DNA of 64,000 bases from Eledone cirrhosa (GCA_964016885.1 OZ024751.1:45756001-45820000), one strand, 5' to 3'. Shown: positions 15,796 through 30,110, numbered from the stretch's first letter. A program made the numbers and translations. The notes: a model not told the origin generated them from the letters alone.

Positions 15796-15931
15796 CAGTC
15801 CATGAGACAAGTTTTGATATAATAAATTTAATACTACACAGACATAACATAGAAATGCAAAGACACGTGTTTCATTGAGGAAACCCAACTCTTGGGTCTG
15901 CCCAACAAAATGTAGTTGCGTTTCTCCATGT

Positions 15932-15968
<37 letters not shown>

Positions 15969-16350
15969 GGTAGGTACTTATGTATAAGATGTACAGACAC
16001 ATGTCCTTGTTTCAACTCTATAATACCTTGGTGGCTGGCTGACTAATGTTGTATGATTGGAATACACTGCCTATTATACTATAGGCTCTGGTTGGCTAAT
16101 GCATTTGAAGTCGAATTTGGTAGATAGAAACTGTGGGGAAGCCTGTCTATGGGATTGTTCTAGTTCTTGGCTGATAGATGTAGTCTCTTTCTAATTTACC
16201 CCTTCCACCTGATCCTTGGGTAAATTATTGAGCTCCCCTCTGTTGTAATATGCAGGCCAGTTCTCTTGTTTGAGGATAATTTCCTCCTTACCTTCTAGCA
16301 ACCCAGAGTCCTTGAAAAATCTCCTGGGTGCAGCTCTTTTCTCCTCTCAT

Positions 16351-16710
16351 TAACCCCTTCATTACAATATTTCCAATGTCTATGTCTATCAAATCATTCT
16401 GAAAATCATCAGAAATTTGGAGGGATTTAGTAACTATCTAGCTTTCTCATTAAAATCCTGTTGTGGTAAGCTTTGCCCTTCATTGGGGTCGATTTAATCG
16501 ACTCCCCCCCCCCCAAAAAAAATTGTTGGCCTTGTGCCTAAATCAGAAACCAATATTAACCTAGTGTTTGGAGCACATCTTTAATGTACTTAGAATTATG
16601 AAGGAAGGTTTTTTTTTTAAAATAAATATAACTATAAACACTTTAAAATAAACTTCGTAGTAACAGAACCAGGAGCAGTTTTAGGTGGTTTAGTATCAAG
16701 ACACATTTAA
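16351..16710. mobile_element. TTAA-ended MITE carrying a nested Meta-like SINE fragment (~16465-16555)
   Basis: Starts TTAACCCCTTCATTACAATATTTC, ends in TTAA, and resembles 298-556 in reverse. Confidence 0.5.
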
Positions 16711-16997
16711 AATATCTGTATAAATACACATACGATGATCACCAACAATATTTTTATCCACATTTCAATGGTGGCATGCGTTGGATAGGACTTTTTGAGG
16801 CAGTCGTCTACAAGTGAATGCCCCTTCTCACACCAACCCTTTTAGTTTCCTCATGTGACATGCAAGGATATAGTGTAATTTATCTACAACTTGGGATCTG
16901 GTAAGGTTATGTATATATCTTTATAGGCCTCACATACCCATACACATATATACACAGTTGTATACAGTCTTAATGTATTATACACACACACATTTTG

Positions 16998-17037
<40 letters not shown>

Positions 17038-17332
17038 CAATAACAGAGATAGTTTAAAGCTAAACTCTGACTGGTAACCATCTCACTCAACAAACATTAG
17101 GTTATATTAAAATATAAACCCAATTTAAGTGTTTGGGGTGCTAACAATATGTATAATGTGGAAAAACCAGTTGTATTATTTTATGAGATATAATTAAAGT
17201 TAAAGTATATATATATTTATATATTTATTATGTATAGATATGATTTCTACAGTTTCATTCGTATTAAATCTATACTCTACCAACGTATTGAGTACCTTTT
17301 TTAACTGTGGTTACCCCTTGATAAAACTCGGG

Positions 17333-17386
<54 letters not shown>

Positions 17387-17909
17387 CGCACACACACATA
17401 TATATACGCACACACACACATCAATAGATGCATATATAAACAGATACACAAACACATCCATAGATATATAAACACAGTGGTATACACAAACATCTATTAA
17501 TCTATAAAAATATAGACACATGCCTATGTACACATACACACACACACCAATTGATACACTGCTACCCCTATATACTTACATCCATATACATATATTAACA
17601 CAGATTAAAACACACACAAACGCACACCTCTGTGCACACACATACAACTACATACACATTTATACACACACAATTATATACATATATAAACATCTTTTCC
17701 ATCTCATCTCCTTTTTACTTCCTATCTCACATCTTATCACTGTCCTCTCCCCACCCCCACTGTACTAAACCCCTCCCACTCCCTCAGTGTACTATACTCC
17801 TCCCACTCTCTCACTGTACTATACTCCTCCCATTAACCCCCCCCCCGCATCCACTGTTATATCAACTATAATAGTATTTTGTTTTACAAGAAACCTGATC
17901 ATGGTGACA

Positions 17910-18570
<661 letters not shown>

Positions 18571-18888
18571 AGAGGAAGGAAAGAGAAAAGCTATCATTAG
18601 CATCATCAGCATCACATCCACCATCATCATCATCATCATCATTATCACCATTGCTACCACCATCAGCATCCCATGTCATCATCATCATCACCAACACCAA
18701 CTATCACCATCACTGACACTACAAACACCATCATCATCATCACCATCATTATTACCACTACCAACACTGCTATCAGCAACCCTGCCAGGACCAAACAGGA
18801 AATCTACTGCCATCCAACACACACACACACACACATACATACACACACATATATATATATATACATACACACGATATATATATATACA

Positions 18889-18960
<72 letters not shown>

Positions 18961-19265
18961 ATGGTATCATGTAACTGATATAATTTCTATGATCACCCTT
19001 CCTCCTATCACCCTACAGTACATCTACCCTGGCTACCAATTTCCTAAAATCTTCAATTGGGCACACACACACAACCCGTACCCCATATATATATATACAT
19101 ATACACACACATACATAAACATATATGCATATCTTTATTAAGGATGATCAAGTGGCCTGTTAATCTGAAGATTATTCAGGGTTATAGAGGCCACTGAATT
19201 AACTTTAATAAAATCGCTCTACTATGGTACTGAATAATTCATCCTTATATTTGCCAATACCAAAA

Positions 19266-19312
<47 letters not shown>

Positions 19313-19508
19313 GAAAGGTATAGAAATTGTTTTAGCGAGAAGCTAACAGCATTCCATAACATATAACATATATATATATATATAACATATAACATATATA
19401 TATAGATAGATATATATAAATGAAGTAATTCCGTCAGAAAAGTCCAGGAAAAAAGAGTGCTCTATGTAGGTAACAGAGCTTAATAGTTATATATAGAGAC
19501 CAGGATTT

Positions 19509-19568
19509 TTTCATTCTGAGGATTGAAAGCAAAATCTTTTGCTTTTAAGAAACCACTGGTAAATGGAA
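19509..19568 (+). ncRNA. Type I hammerhead ribozyme with a complete core
   Basis: Stem I tttcatt/aatggaa; core CTGAGGA; stem II ttgaaagcaaaa/ttttgcttttaa; GAAA; stem III acc/ggt with loop act; GUA cleavage triplet ending at 19561. Confidence 0.85.
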
Positions 19569-20072
19569 TAATTGCCTTGTGTTGTTTATTACATAACTAA
19601 ATATATATATATATGAGTGCAGTTGTGTGCAGTTGTGTGTTTGTATTTATGTGTGTATATATTATTCAACACCATATTAGAGTATTTAAATATCTAGGCT
19701 GATCCTGCAGCTTATAAAAACTCCACCTTTCCTAAAATCCTGCCAGCTCCTCTGGCTGAGTGAACTGAATATTGTCAAAGAATTCATCACCTTGAAGGAT
19801 AGAAACAAATGATTGATTGAATTTACAAACAGGCCTCTGAATTCAACCATTAATTTATTCCCCATTCATCAGCTGTCATATATAATAGATATGTAGTCAA
19901 GTTTTCCATAATTTAATTTATTAGGTAATTTGCTGGTATACGCATTTCTGTGGTGCCAGCTATTATGCAACTATGATACAACCTCTTCAGACAGCAGTTA
20001 TTTAGGTAAAACATCAGGTGATATGGAGATGGACTTATTTTTAATTTTGCTATATCAATATATAAATATATA

Positions 20073-20260
20073 GGAAGGCAGAGACAGTAGAGGAAGGCCA
20101 CGATACACATGGGCGGAGGTGGGGAGGGCTGACCTCAGATCGCTGAAGCTCACAGAAGAGATGACGAAGGACCGTGACGAATGGAGAGATGCTGTGCTGA
20201 AGAGAACCCATCCCACCTTTTTGCAAGCAAGGAAAAGCGGACGTACAATGATAATGATGA

Positions 20261-20263
<3 letters not shown>
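20073..20263 (+). mobile_element. RTE LINE 3' end, 5'-truncated
   Basis: EGRDSRGRPRYTWAEVGRADLRSLKLTEEMTKDRDEWRDAV, then ggaaaagcggacgt and (GAT)n. Confidence 0.8.
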
Positions 20264-20640
<377 letters not shown>

Positions 20641-20686
20641 ATTTCCACAGATAAAAATTCAAGGAAAGCAATGCTCAATCTAGTAC

Positions 20687-20848
20687 ATCATCATCATCAT
20701 CGTTCCATGCTAGCATGGGTTGGACGGGTTTGTCCCACTTGAGTTAAGATTGGTCAGGTGACTGTGTCTCGCTCGTATAGGACTGTTTCTGGCAGGTTTT
20801 TTACGGCTGGATGCCCTTCCTAACGCCAACCACATTTACAGTGAGGAC

Positions 20849-20850
<2 letters not shown>
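20687..20850 (-). mobile_element. SINE family C 3' part
   Basis: ccatgctagcatgggttggacgg...ggctggatgcccttcctaacgccaacc. Confidence 0.7.
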
Positions 20851-20907
<57 letters not shown>

Positions 20908-21188
20908 AGCCATATCCAGTCAAGGTGGGCAGTAGGGGATTCCTGGTTCATATGGAGAATGCTCACTGCCATTGAAATGAGAGGAAGAGAGGGAAAAATT
21001 TGCAGTTTGCAGGAAGGTGGGAAGTAGTAGAAAGAGCCACTTGTCGGCTTTGGAGCAGGAGAAAGGATTTTACCCACCACTGCTGACCCACCAACGAGAG
21101 GGTGTGTTACAGATGAGGGTCGAAATACCCATTGAACGTTGGACACCATCTGATGACATCAGCACCTCCTGCCCAAGACTATCTTCAC

Positions 21189-21233
<45 letters not shown>

Positions 21234-21431
21234 AAGTATGTATGTCTACGTACATACATATATGTATACAGACGTACAGTAGTATGTATATATATACATA
21301 CATGCACACGTATATATACATACTACTGTACGTCTGCATACATATATGTATGTACGTATACATACATACATACATACATTTAAGTAACTGCCGTACTCAG
21401 AGTGAGAAATGAAATTTCGTTTCATTCTATT

Positions 21432-21494
<63 letters not shown>

Positions 21495-22189
21495 TAAAGT
21501 TAGTCCTTCATCAGTGATCTTCCAACCATCATTGGTATTTCATCGCTTTAAAGACCATATACCTCCGGTTGGTGCGAGCAACGGCTAAAGAAAGTCGTTG
21601 GGACACGTAAAAAAGGGAAACGGGCGAGAATGTAAACAAACAAAGATGGTGAAGCAACGAAAAGTGAGGAAGAAAGAGTCAAGTCCCAGGTTTCCATGAA
21701 TATAAGTTCGGTGAAATCGTGAACGAGAGAGAATAAAGACCATCAAACCTAGTCGAAATGTGAGCAAGGAAGGAATTCCGCACAGGTCAAACGGGAGGAA
21801 GTAGGAGAGGTAGTAGCAGAGAGTGAGTGAGTGAAGGGTGAGGAAGAGGCTAACAGAGAGAGTGACTGTTAGAGAGGGTAAAGATACAGAGAAAGAGGAA
21901 GCAGTAAGAACGAAATAGACGGGTTATATATATATATAGAGAGAGAGACAGAGAGAGAGAGAGAGTGCCAAGCGGTTTTGGTTGGTGCCGCAGTCAGGAT
22001 TTTACCTATTCCTCTTTCTATCATCATCATCATCATCGTTTAACGTCTATCTTCCACGCTAGCATGGGTTTATATACATACATATTTTTCATTTTCATTT
22101 TCATTTTTTTCATTTTACGTCCGCTTTTCCTTGCTTGCAATATATATATATATATATTTGGGGAGGGTCATATTTGCGTAATATTGCCA

Positions 22190-22497
22190 TTGTTGTCATG
22201 ACAACAACATACATAAGTGAGACAGCTCGTAGCATAGGTGAAAGGATAGACCAACACTGGGGGGAACTAAAAGGACGAAAAAACGGGTCAGTACTATGCG
22301 AACATGCTAGACAACAACATGACGGTAACATAGACAACATAGAAATTAGAATAATATCTAAACATAGGAATGACCCAGCAGATAGGCAAATCAGAGAGGC
22401 CAGTGAAATAGAAATTAGAAGACCAAAGCTAAACAGAAAGAATGAGTGGAACAACAACAACACCCAAACAAACAACACTGACCTAAGAGAAGTATAA
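22190..22497 (+). pseudogene. PLE GIY-YIG endonuclease C-terminal fragment
   Basis: YISETARSIGERIDQH..GSVLCEHARQQH..IRII..RQIREASEIEIRRPKLNRKNEW matches the PLE pattern YIGETxR..ER..EH / H....H / R.I.EA..I...P.LN. Confidence 0.8.
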
Positions 22498-22761
22498 ATA
22501 AGTAAATAAAATTAAATAAAATAAGATAAACAAATACATACACAAGCACATAAACACACACTAGTCACCCAGCAGACACAACACTATACACACTAGTCAC
22601 ACATCACACATAACACTATACACACACGCAAACGCATGCGCAAAGAAGACAAAATAAAATAAGATAAACAAACAAGCAAATAAATAAATAAATATATAGA
22701 CAGACTGAACAAAAAAAAATGGCGTAGACATACAACACAACAGGAGGAACAATGAATATAA

Positions 22762-22803
22762 CACCACTGACGATGTTGCAGATGTGCAACGAAAGATTTA
22801 TGT
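22762..22803 (+). ncRNA. Partly decayed minimal hammerhead ribozyme in the PLE pLTR
   Basis: CTGACGA t gttgca gatg tgcaac GAAA gattta; stems I and III are weak. Confidence 0.55.
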
Positions 22804-23078
22804 AAATTATGTAAACTATATATATGTGTTTGTGTCTATATTGTATCTGTATTATTTTTGACCGCCGGTCAGTCAATGGCAACATTGAGGACCGAGTAAG
22901 TTAGATCGCAGATATATATATATAAAAGACAGCGAGAAGCGAAAACCAACCAAACAGTGAGTGTGTTCTGTTATTAATTCTGGCAATATTACGCAAATAT
23001 GACCCTCCCCAAATATAACAATATCTGTTTCGACACACGATTTCATATAAAAAACCTCGCAAAACTAATTCATCGCCG

Positions 23079-23128
<50 letters not shown>

Positions 23129-23180
23129 CGTCTAACCCATGCTAGAGTGGAAAATGGACGTTAAACGAAGATGATGATGA

Positions 23181-23268
<88 letters not shown>

Positions 23269-23765
23269 GGGGAGAGTGAAAAAATGAGGCACACTCTATT
23301 ACCTGTTCCAGCCGATAGGCTGAGGCCATGTTGGGGCACCGCCATTAGTATGTATGTGTGAGAAAAACTATTACCAAAACACACCAGCAAATCTGGTTAG
23401 CACCACTACCTCTACCACAAATAACACACCCAGCCACCACCCACTGTCACCACCACCACCACCACCACCACACACCCAGAATACAACAAATGACAGCCAA
23501 GAGTCTGAATATTGAGGTAGATAACCTGGAGTACATAGTAACATGATAGGGGTGGTGTTGGGGTACATAGTATAGAGATGAGGTGATCTATAGTAACATG
23601 ATAGTGGTGGAGTTGGGTTACTTTCTGGGTATCTCTCACCCCCTCTCTCTCTCTCTCTCTCTAGATGAAGACACATACACACTCACATACATCTATGTAG
23701 GCGGAGAGCAAGAGGAGAAGTGAGAGAGAGAGTTTGAGTTTTACATGTGTCAAGGAAGTCTGACA

Positions 23766-23817
<52 letters not shown>

Positions 23818-24029
23818 TATACACACATACATTATGTGTGTGTGTGTATAGGAGTGAAGGGGTAAGAAAGAGTCAGAGAAGGGGAGGGATAAGAGAAAGA
23901 TTGAGGAAGGAACTGTAAAGATAGGAATGATGGCATGTCAGCTTTACTATTTTTCTATACATATATATATATATATATATATATGGTTTATAAATATGAT
24001 ATTCATATATGTGATACACACACAAACAA

Positions 24030-24101
<72 letters not shown>

Positions 24102-24208
24102 GCATAATCATATGTATGATTGTAAAGTGATATCTTGTGATTATATGTAAACAAATAATTTTCTTTTGAATTGTAGTTGTCTAGATGTATGTATTAAATG
24201 ACATATGG

Positions 24209-24268
<60 letters not shown>

Positions 24269-24332
24269 CTATCTCACACACACACATTTACACAAACAGA
24301 CTTATATGGATGAGTATAGTTTTGTGTGCATG

Positions 24333-24384
<52 letters not shown>

Positions 24385-24638
24385 AAGACAAATATGTTGC
24401 ATATACATGTTATGTGTGTGTATGAATGTAAATAAGCAAATAGGACATTCAAATACATAAATCTGAACGTACATACCCCTAGAATAAACACAAATTAATC
24501 ACTGAATATCCGTGCATTCAAGTTCCCATACCTGTTGCAGCCAGTTGTTGAGGTGCCACTCTAGATGTTTAACAGTGTCCTTCATGGCATTTCTGTGGAC
24601 CTTAGAAGTGCTTGCTGGTGTCCATCTCTTCTCCAAGA

Positions 24639-24669
<31 letters not shown>

Positions 24670-25386
24670 ATTGTGTGTGTGTGATTGTGTGTGTGTGTGC
24701 GCGCGCGCGTGTGAGGGTAGATAAGGTTTTGTTTACGTATGTCAAGAATGCATGCTTAAACAAGATAACTGCTTACCAGAGAATTTGACTCAACAGTATC
24801 CTTTGACTCATAAATATATCCAAGCCGACAGCGGGGTGGGGTATGGTATATTTGTCATTTGTCCAGAAGAGATCACAAAGTATATAATATATAGTATAAG
24901 CAAGTGTAGCACCAAGTCTATATTTTTCTTGCTGCTATACTTCCTTATAATATATATATATATATATATGTATATTTAAAAAAAGGAAAAGAATGACTTC
25001 ACTTGTAGTTATAAACGATTTAATTTAATTTTATAATATTATAATTTGGTTTTGTAGATCTAGTAAGTTCTTTGTTAATTTCGGTGGAGAGATTTTTAAA
25101 GATTCCTGGTTAAACTTTTCTGGAGAACTTTCTCGCAGAGAAATTCAGAAGGAACTCAGAGAAAATTTAATCCCAAAGAGAAGAAACTAGAACAGTTTTC
25201 TCAGTTCCTTATACTCTGATGAAGGGAATTTTAAGTCCTGAAATATTAGAAAGAAGAAACAACAGCAATAAAAACAAAGATTACCTGGAAACTAAACTTT
25301 TCATTACCATCATCTTATCGTCCATTTTGAATTGTTTAACCTTATATAACTTTCCACATTATATAATATATCAATATAATATATAT

Positions 25387-25510
25387 TTCCATTCTGAGTT
25401 CAAATCCCGCCGAGGTTAACTTTGCCTTTCATCCTTACAGGGTCGATAAAATAAAGTACCAGTAATGCACTGAGTTATTCCTGGCCTTGTGCCAAAAGTA
25501 GAAACAATTA
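25387..25510 (+). mobile_element. Meta-like SINE, 5'-truncated
   Basis: Matches 1676-1797. Confidence 0.8.
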
Positions 25511-25596
25511 TATCATATACAATATGTCAAGCAAACTACATTTTGTTTTATATATATAATTGTATGTATTTTATTCTCCTCACGGATTGGCATTTT

Positions 25597-25725
25597 TTTT
25601 TATCAACCCTGAAGGGTTGAAAGACAAAGTAGTTGACCTCGGTGAGATTTGAACTGAGAGAGCTCTGACCTGGAAGAAGTGCCGAGGCATTTTTAATCTA
25701 ATGCCCTAATGACTTTGCGAGTGTT
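25597..25725 (-). mobile_element. Older Meta-like SINE, reverse orientation
   Basis: ttttatcaaccctgaagggttgaaagacaaag...gacctcggtgagatttgaact. Confidence 0.55.
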
Positions 25726-25753
25726 TCTTATATTTATTTATATATATATATTA

Positions 25754-26390
25754 TAGTGTTTGCCAAAAGGTTAAGACCAACTGGCAGACATTTACAATTT
25801 CTTTATCATTGCAAGTTTTTGCATTGTTCACTTTGTTCTTAGCAAAATACTTGCAATAGTTTCAATATATATATCGTCATTATCATCATATGAATATTTG
25901 TAGCACAGTTAGTTGTTAGTTTAAAGACTGTATTTGTTTCAAACCATTGTTCTTGTCAAAATGGACAAAAACCCCCATCATTTTCTGATGTTCAAAGAGT
26001 TCAATTAGTAATCTCTATAGAACACAAGTTACACAGAGTGTGTAAGATTTCTGTCTAAATTGGCTGTAGCAAGACAACATTCCAGAATCCTATTAGCAAA
26101 TGCCAAATTTCTGGCTCATATTCTGATGAGTTGTCACTCGAGAAAATACAACCCTTAGAGATGATTATATCATCAAAAACATCAGCTCATTTTCTCCTCC
26201 TACAAGTTTTGTATTGCTTCCAAGATGTAAAGACTGAGTTGCAGGACTCTTTCATGCTGACTGGTCCATGAATTTTGGTTAACATTTTAAAAAGTTGCCC
26301 ACAAAGCCAAGATTGACATGGATATGAAAAAGATGTCCCTGACATTTGAAAAAGATCCATGAATATTGAACTGAAGAACAATGACGCTTA
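25754..26390 (+). mobile_element. Tc1/mariner transposon remnant (left TIR + decayed transposase N-terminus from 25961)
   Basis: TIR-like (c>t)agtgtttgccaaaagg after TA. Translated blocks FSDVQRVQLV, IGCSKTT, TTLRDDYII, KPRLT and *TEEQ* (degenerate WTEEQW), with stops and frameshifts. Confidence 0.7.
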
Positions 26391-27099
26391 TTTATGTTGT
26401 AAACCAAAATTCTCAACCACACAACCATACCTGTAACTATTATCTGTTTTTAACAACAAACATGCTTTTTATATTGGGTGAGTAGGGCATAAAATGTTTT
26501 TGGGTGTCATGGAGGGGCATGGAACAAAAAAGGGAATTATGGTGGGGCACAAAAGAAAAGGGGGTTTGTTGTGGTGGAGCACAAGAGAAAAAGGAGTTTG
26601 TTGTGGTGGAGCACAAGAGAAAAAGGGGTTTGTTGTGGTGGAGAACAGGAGAAAATGGGGTTTGTTGACAAACGTAGCTCAGAACCACTACCTTAGTCAA
26701 AGTTAAAATATCTTGTGATGTTCCAAAGATAAACCAAATAGTACGTCTAGGGTGAGGAAAAAATACTGTTACCTCGGTCACTAGACACACCAATACACAC
26801 ACACACCACTACACACACACACACACCACTACACACACACAACCACTACTCACACACCACTACCACTGGCAGAACCACCATCTCCACACTACTACCACTA
26901 AAATACTACACCCCCACACCATCACCACCACCAATACCACCACCACTACTATATACACTACCACCACTACTACTATATACACCACTACCACCACCGATAT
27001 ATGGTGTAATTGTTGTTGTTAGTGATCATTCCAAATGGTTTAAAGTTACAGGTCATATGAGAACTAATTTTTCTGTTTATTCCCAAGCAAATCCAGGTT

Positions 27100-27552
27100 T
27101 AAAAAATGTGTGTATATATATCTATCTATCTGCACACACATACATATATATATATATATACACACACAAACAAACACACACATATATACACACACATATA
27201 TATATACACACACACACACATATATATACACACACACACACATATATATATACACACACACACACACATATATATATACACACACACATATATATATACA
27301 CACACACACACACACATATATATATACACACACACACATATATATACACACACACACATATATATATATACACACACACACACACATATATATATACACA
27401 CACACACACACACATATATATACACACACACACACACACATATATATATACACACACATATATATATACACACACACATATATATATATACACACACACA
27501 CACATATATATATATACACACACACACACATATATATACACACACACACACA

Positions 27553-27598
<46 letters not shown>

Positions 27599-27651
27599 CA
27601 CACACACATATATATATACGCACACACACATATATATACACACACACACAT

Positions 27652-27709
<58 letters not shown>

Positions 27710-27751
27710 GTATGTGTGTATATCTATCTATCTGCACACACATACATATAT

Positions 27752-27796
<45 letters not shown>

Positions 27797-27894
27797 AAAC
27801 AGTATGTGTGTATATCTATCTATCTGCACACACACATAAGTGTGTGTGTATCTGTATCTACACCTACACACACACATGTATGTATATGTGTATA

Positions 27895-27926
<32 letters not shown>

Positions 27927-28020
27927 CACATCAGTATGCCTATGTTTATATACATGTAAATTTCTTTATCTATCAATCCAGCTAACTCACACACTATATA
28001 TATATATATATATATGCATG

Positions 28021-28053
<33 letters not shown>

Positions 28054-28088
28054 TAATGTGTATGGTGCCTATATATCTATCTCTTATG

Positions 28089-28172
<84 letters not shown>

Positions 28173-29290
28173 TATACTTTGTGTGCTGTGTATTTGTGTG
28201 TTCATATAATTCCTATATTTTAATTTTTTGTGGCCTTTTTGAGCGGCAACAACAACAACAACAAATGCAATAATGATAACAACAACAATGTTGAGAGCAG
28301 AAGGAGGGGGGGGGGGGTGTAGCATTGTAGTCTGAAGTAAGATGTCATTACCATGGCAACATTTAATATAATAAAGGCCCTCCATACTTTCTCATCCACT
28401 CCCTCCCCCAAATTGCATCCCACCACATAACCACCTCTACCTTCACCACCACCGCCACCACTACTACTGTCGCTACTACCACCACCGCCACCACTACTGT
28501 CGCTCCCACCACCACCACTACTGTCGCTACTACCACCACCACCACTACTGTCGCAACTACCACCACCACCGCCACCACTACTGTCGCTCCCACCACCACC
28601 ACCACCACCGCCACCACTACTGTCGCAACTACCACCACCACCACCACTGTCGCTACTACCACCATCACCACCACTACTGTCGCTACTACCACCACCACCA
28701 CCACTACTGTCGCCACCACCACCCTGTCCTCTTCTTCACCCCCCCCCCCCACCACTACTGTCGCCACCACCACCACTATCACATGAACCACCATCACTAC
28801 TACCAGTAACATCACAACCCACAGGTGGGGGGGGGGGACACACACCCCACTACCAAACCACCACCACCACTACTGACACTTCCCTCTCCCCACCACCACC
28901 ACCACTGACACCACCCTTCTCGCCACCACCACCCTGTCCCCCCCACCACTGACACCACCCACTCCTCCTCACCACCACCACCCTGTCCTCTTCTTCACCA
29001 CCACCACCCTCTCCTCCTCCTCACCACCGCCACTGACCCCCCCTCACCACCACCCTCTCCTCCTCACCACCACTGACCCCCCCCACCACCACTACGGATA
29101 AATTGCCAGCTAATTTAATAGTGTCAGATATCAAAGATTGTGTGAAACCAATGTTGTCATATGTACCAGTGATGGTGGCGGCGGCGGTGGTAGTGGTGGT
29201 TGTAGTAGTGATGGTGGTGGTGGTGGTGGTGGTGGGGATGAGTGTGGTGAAGGTTGTGTGGTAATGTCTGGTAATGGTTATGATGGTAGG
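27100..29290. repeat. (CA)n(TA)n compound microsatellite followed by cryptic (ACC)n/(ACT)n repeats
   Basis: Seen directly in the sequence. Confidence 0.9.
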
Positions 29291-29637
29291 TGGTAGTGGT
29301 TGGTCGTAGTATTCTGCTACCACCATCAGCAACATCACCGGGAAGCTGATCCAATATATATGTGTGTATGTGTGTATGTGTGTGTGTTATATATGTGTGT
29401 ATGTGTGTGTGTTACATCATATACAATGCTTCAAGTAAACTATAAATTCCTTATATATATACATATATATATATATACATATATATATATGTATATATAC
29501 AGATAAATCCACCAATTAATGGTAGGGTCTAAACGTATGAAGAACTCAATGTAATCCGTATGTAGAAGATGTCGTGAAGCAAAGTTTAAAATACAAAATT
29601 TACTATGAATTAACCGTTTTTTTGTTTAATTTCATTG

Positions 29638-29685
<48 letters not shown>

Positions 29686-29686
<1 letters not shown>

Positions 29687-29878
29687 CGAAGGATATGTGG
29701 TAAGGAACCAGGTGGACCATAACGCACCAAAGTACTCAATACTTAGGGTAGTAGAGTGGGTAATAGGAACAAGTAAGACCCCGACGGCTGAGCTCAAGCC
29801 GTTTCGACGGCTAATTCAGTCCAGAATTAGCCGTCGAAACGGCTTGAGCTCAGCCGTCGGGGTCTTACTTGTTCCTAT
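29686..29878 (-). mobile_element. Miniature hairpin element (PLE pLTR-like): perfect ~55-bp inverted repeat + ~77-bp unique extension
   Basis: Arms ataggaacaag...ggctaattc and gaattagcc...gttcctat around the loop agtcca. Homologous to 34156-34286 and 45723-45912; embedded in (TA)n. Confidence 0.7.
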
Positions 29879-30110
29879 ATATATATATATATATATATAC
29901 AATATGTAGAACGGATAACACACTAGAGGGAGAGAGTGTGTGCGATCAATAAACAGGGAAACCACCAGTGTATGGAATCTATAAACTACGGAAGGTGAGG
30001 TAGACACATAATAATTAAAAGTATAAATCAAAATGAATATACCCACCTCTATGTATTATATATGTACAATGATATTAAATAAATGGAAACTATATTTATA
30101 AAACCATATT

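Larger units (their letters stand above)
22153..23079 (+). mobile_element. 5'-truncated Penelope-like element: inverted partial pLTR + GIY-YIG C-terminus + hammerhead-bearing pLTR
   Basis: 22153-22189 is the exact reverse complement of 22981-23017. Contains a GIY-YIG peptide and a hammerhead core at 22767-22794; flanked by (TA)n. Confidence 0.8.

Noticed and set aside
14737-15888. Three overlapping repeat ORFs on the minus strand
   Set aside because: The 24-bp unit simply lacks stop codons, and the ORFs run through (TA)n.
24532-24638. Possible minus-strand exon (AG..CAG|GTATGG, 35 open codons)
   Set aside because: There is no polypyrimidine tract, and the sequence better fits a decayed RTE C-terminus (GKR..G.QK..KDT.K).
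26123-26146. CTGATGA..GAAA as a hammerhead
   Set aside because: Stems I and III cannot be formed, and it lies inside the Tc1 transposase remnant.
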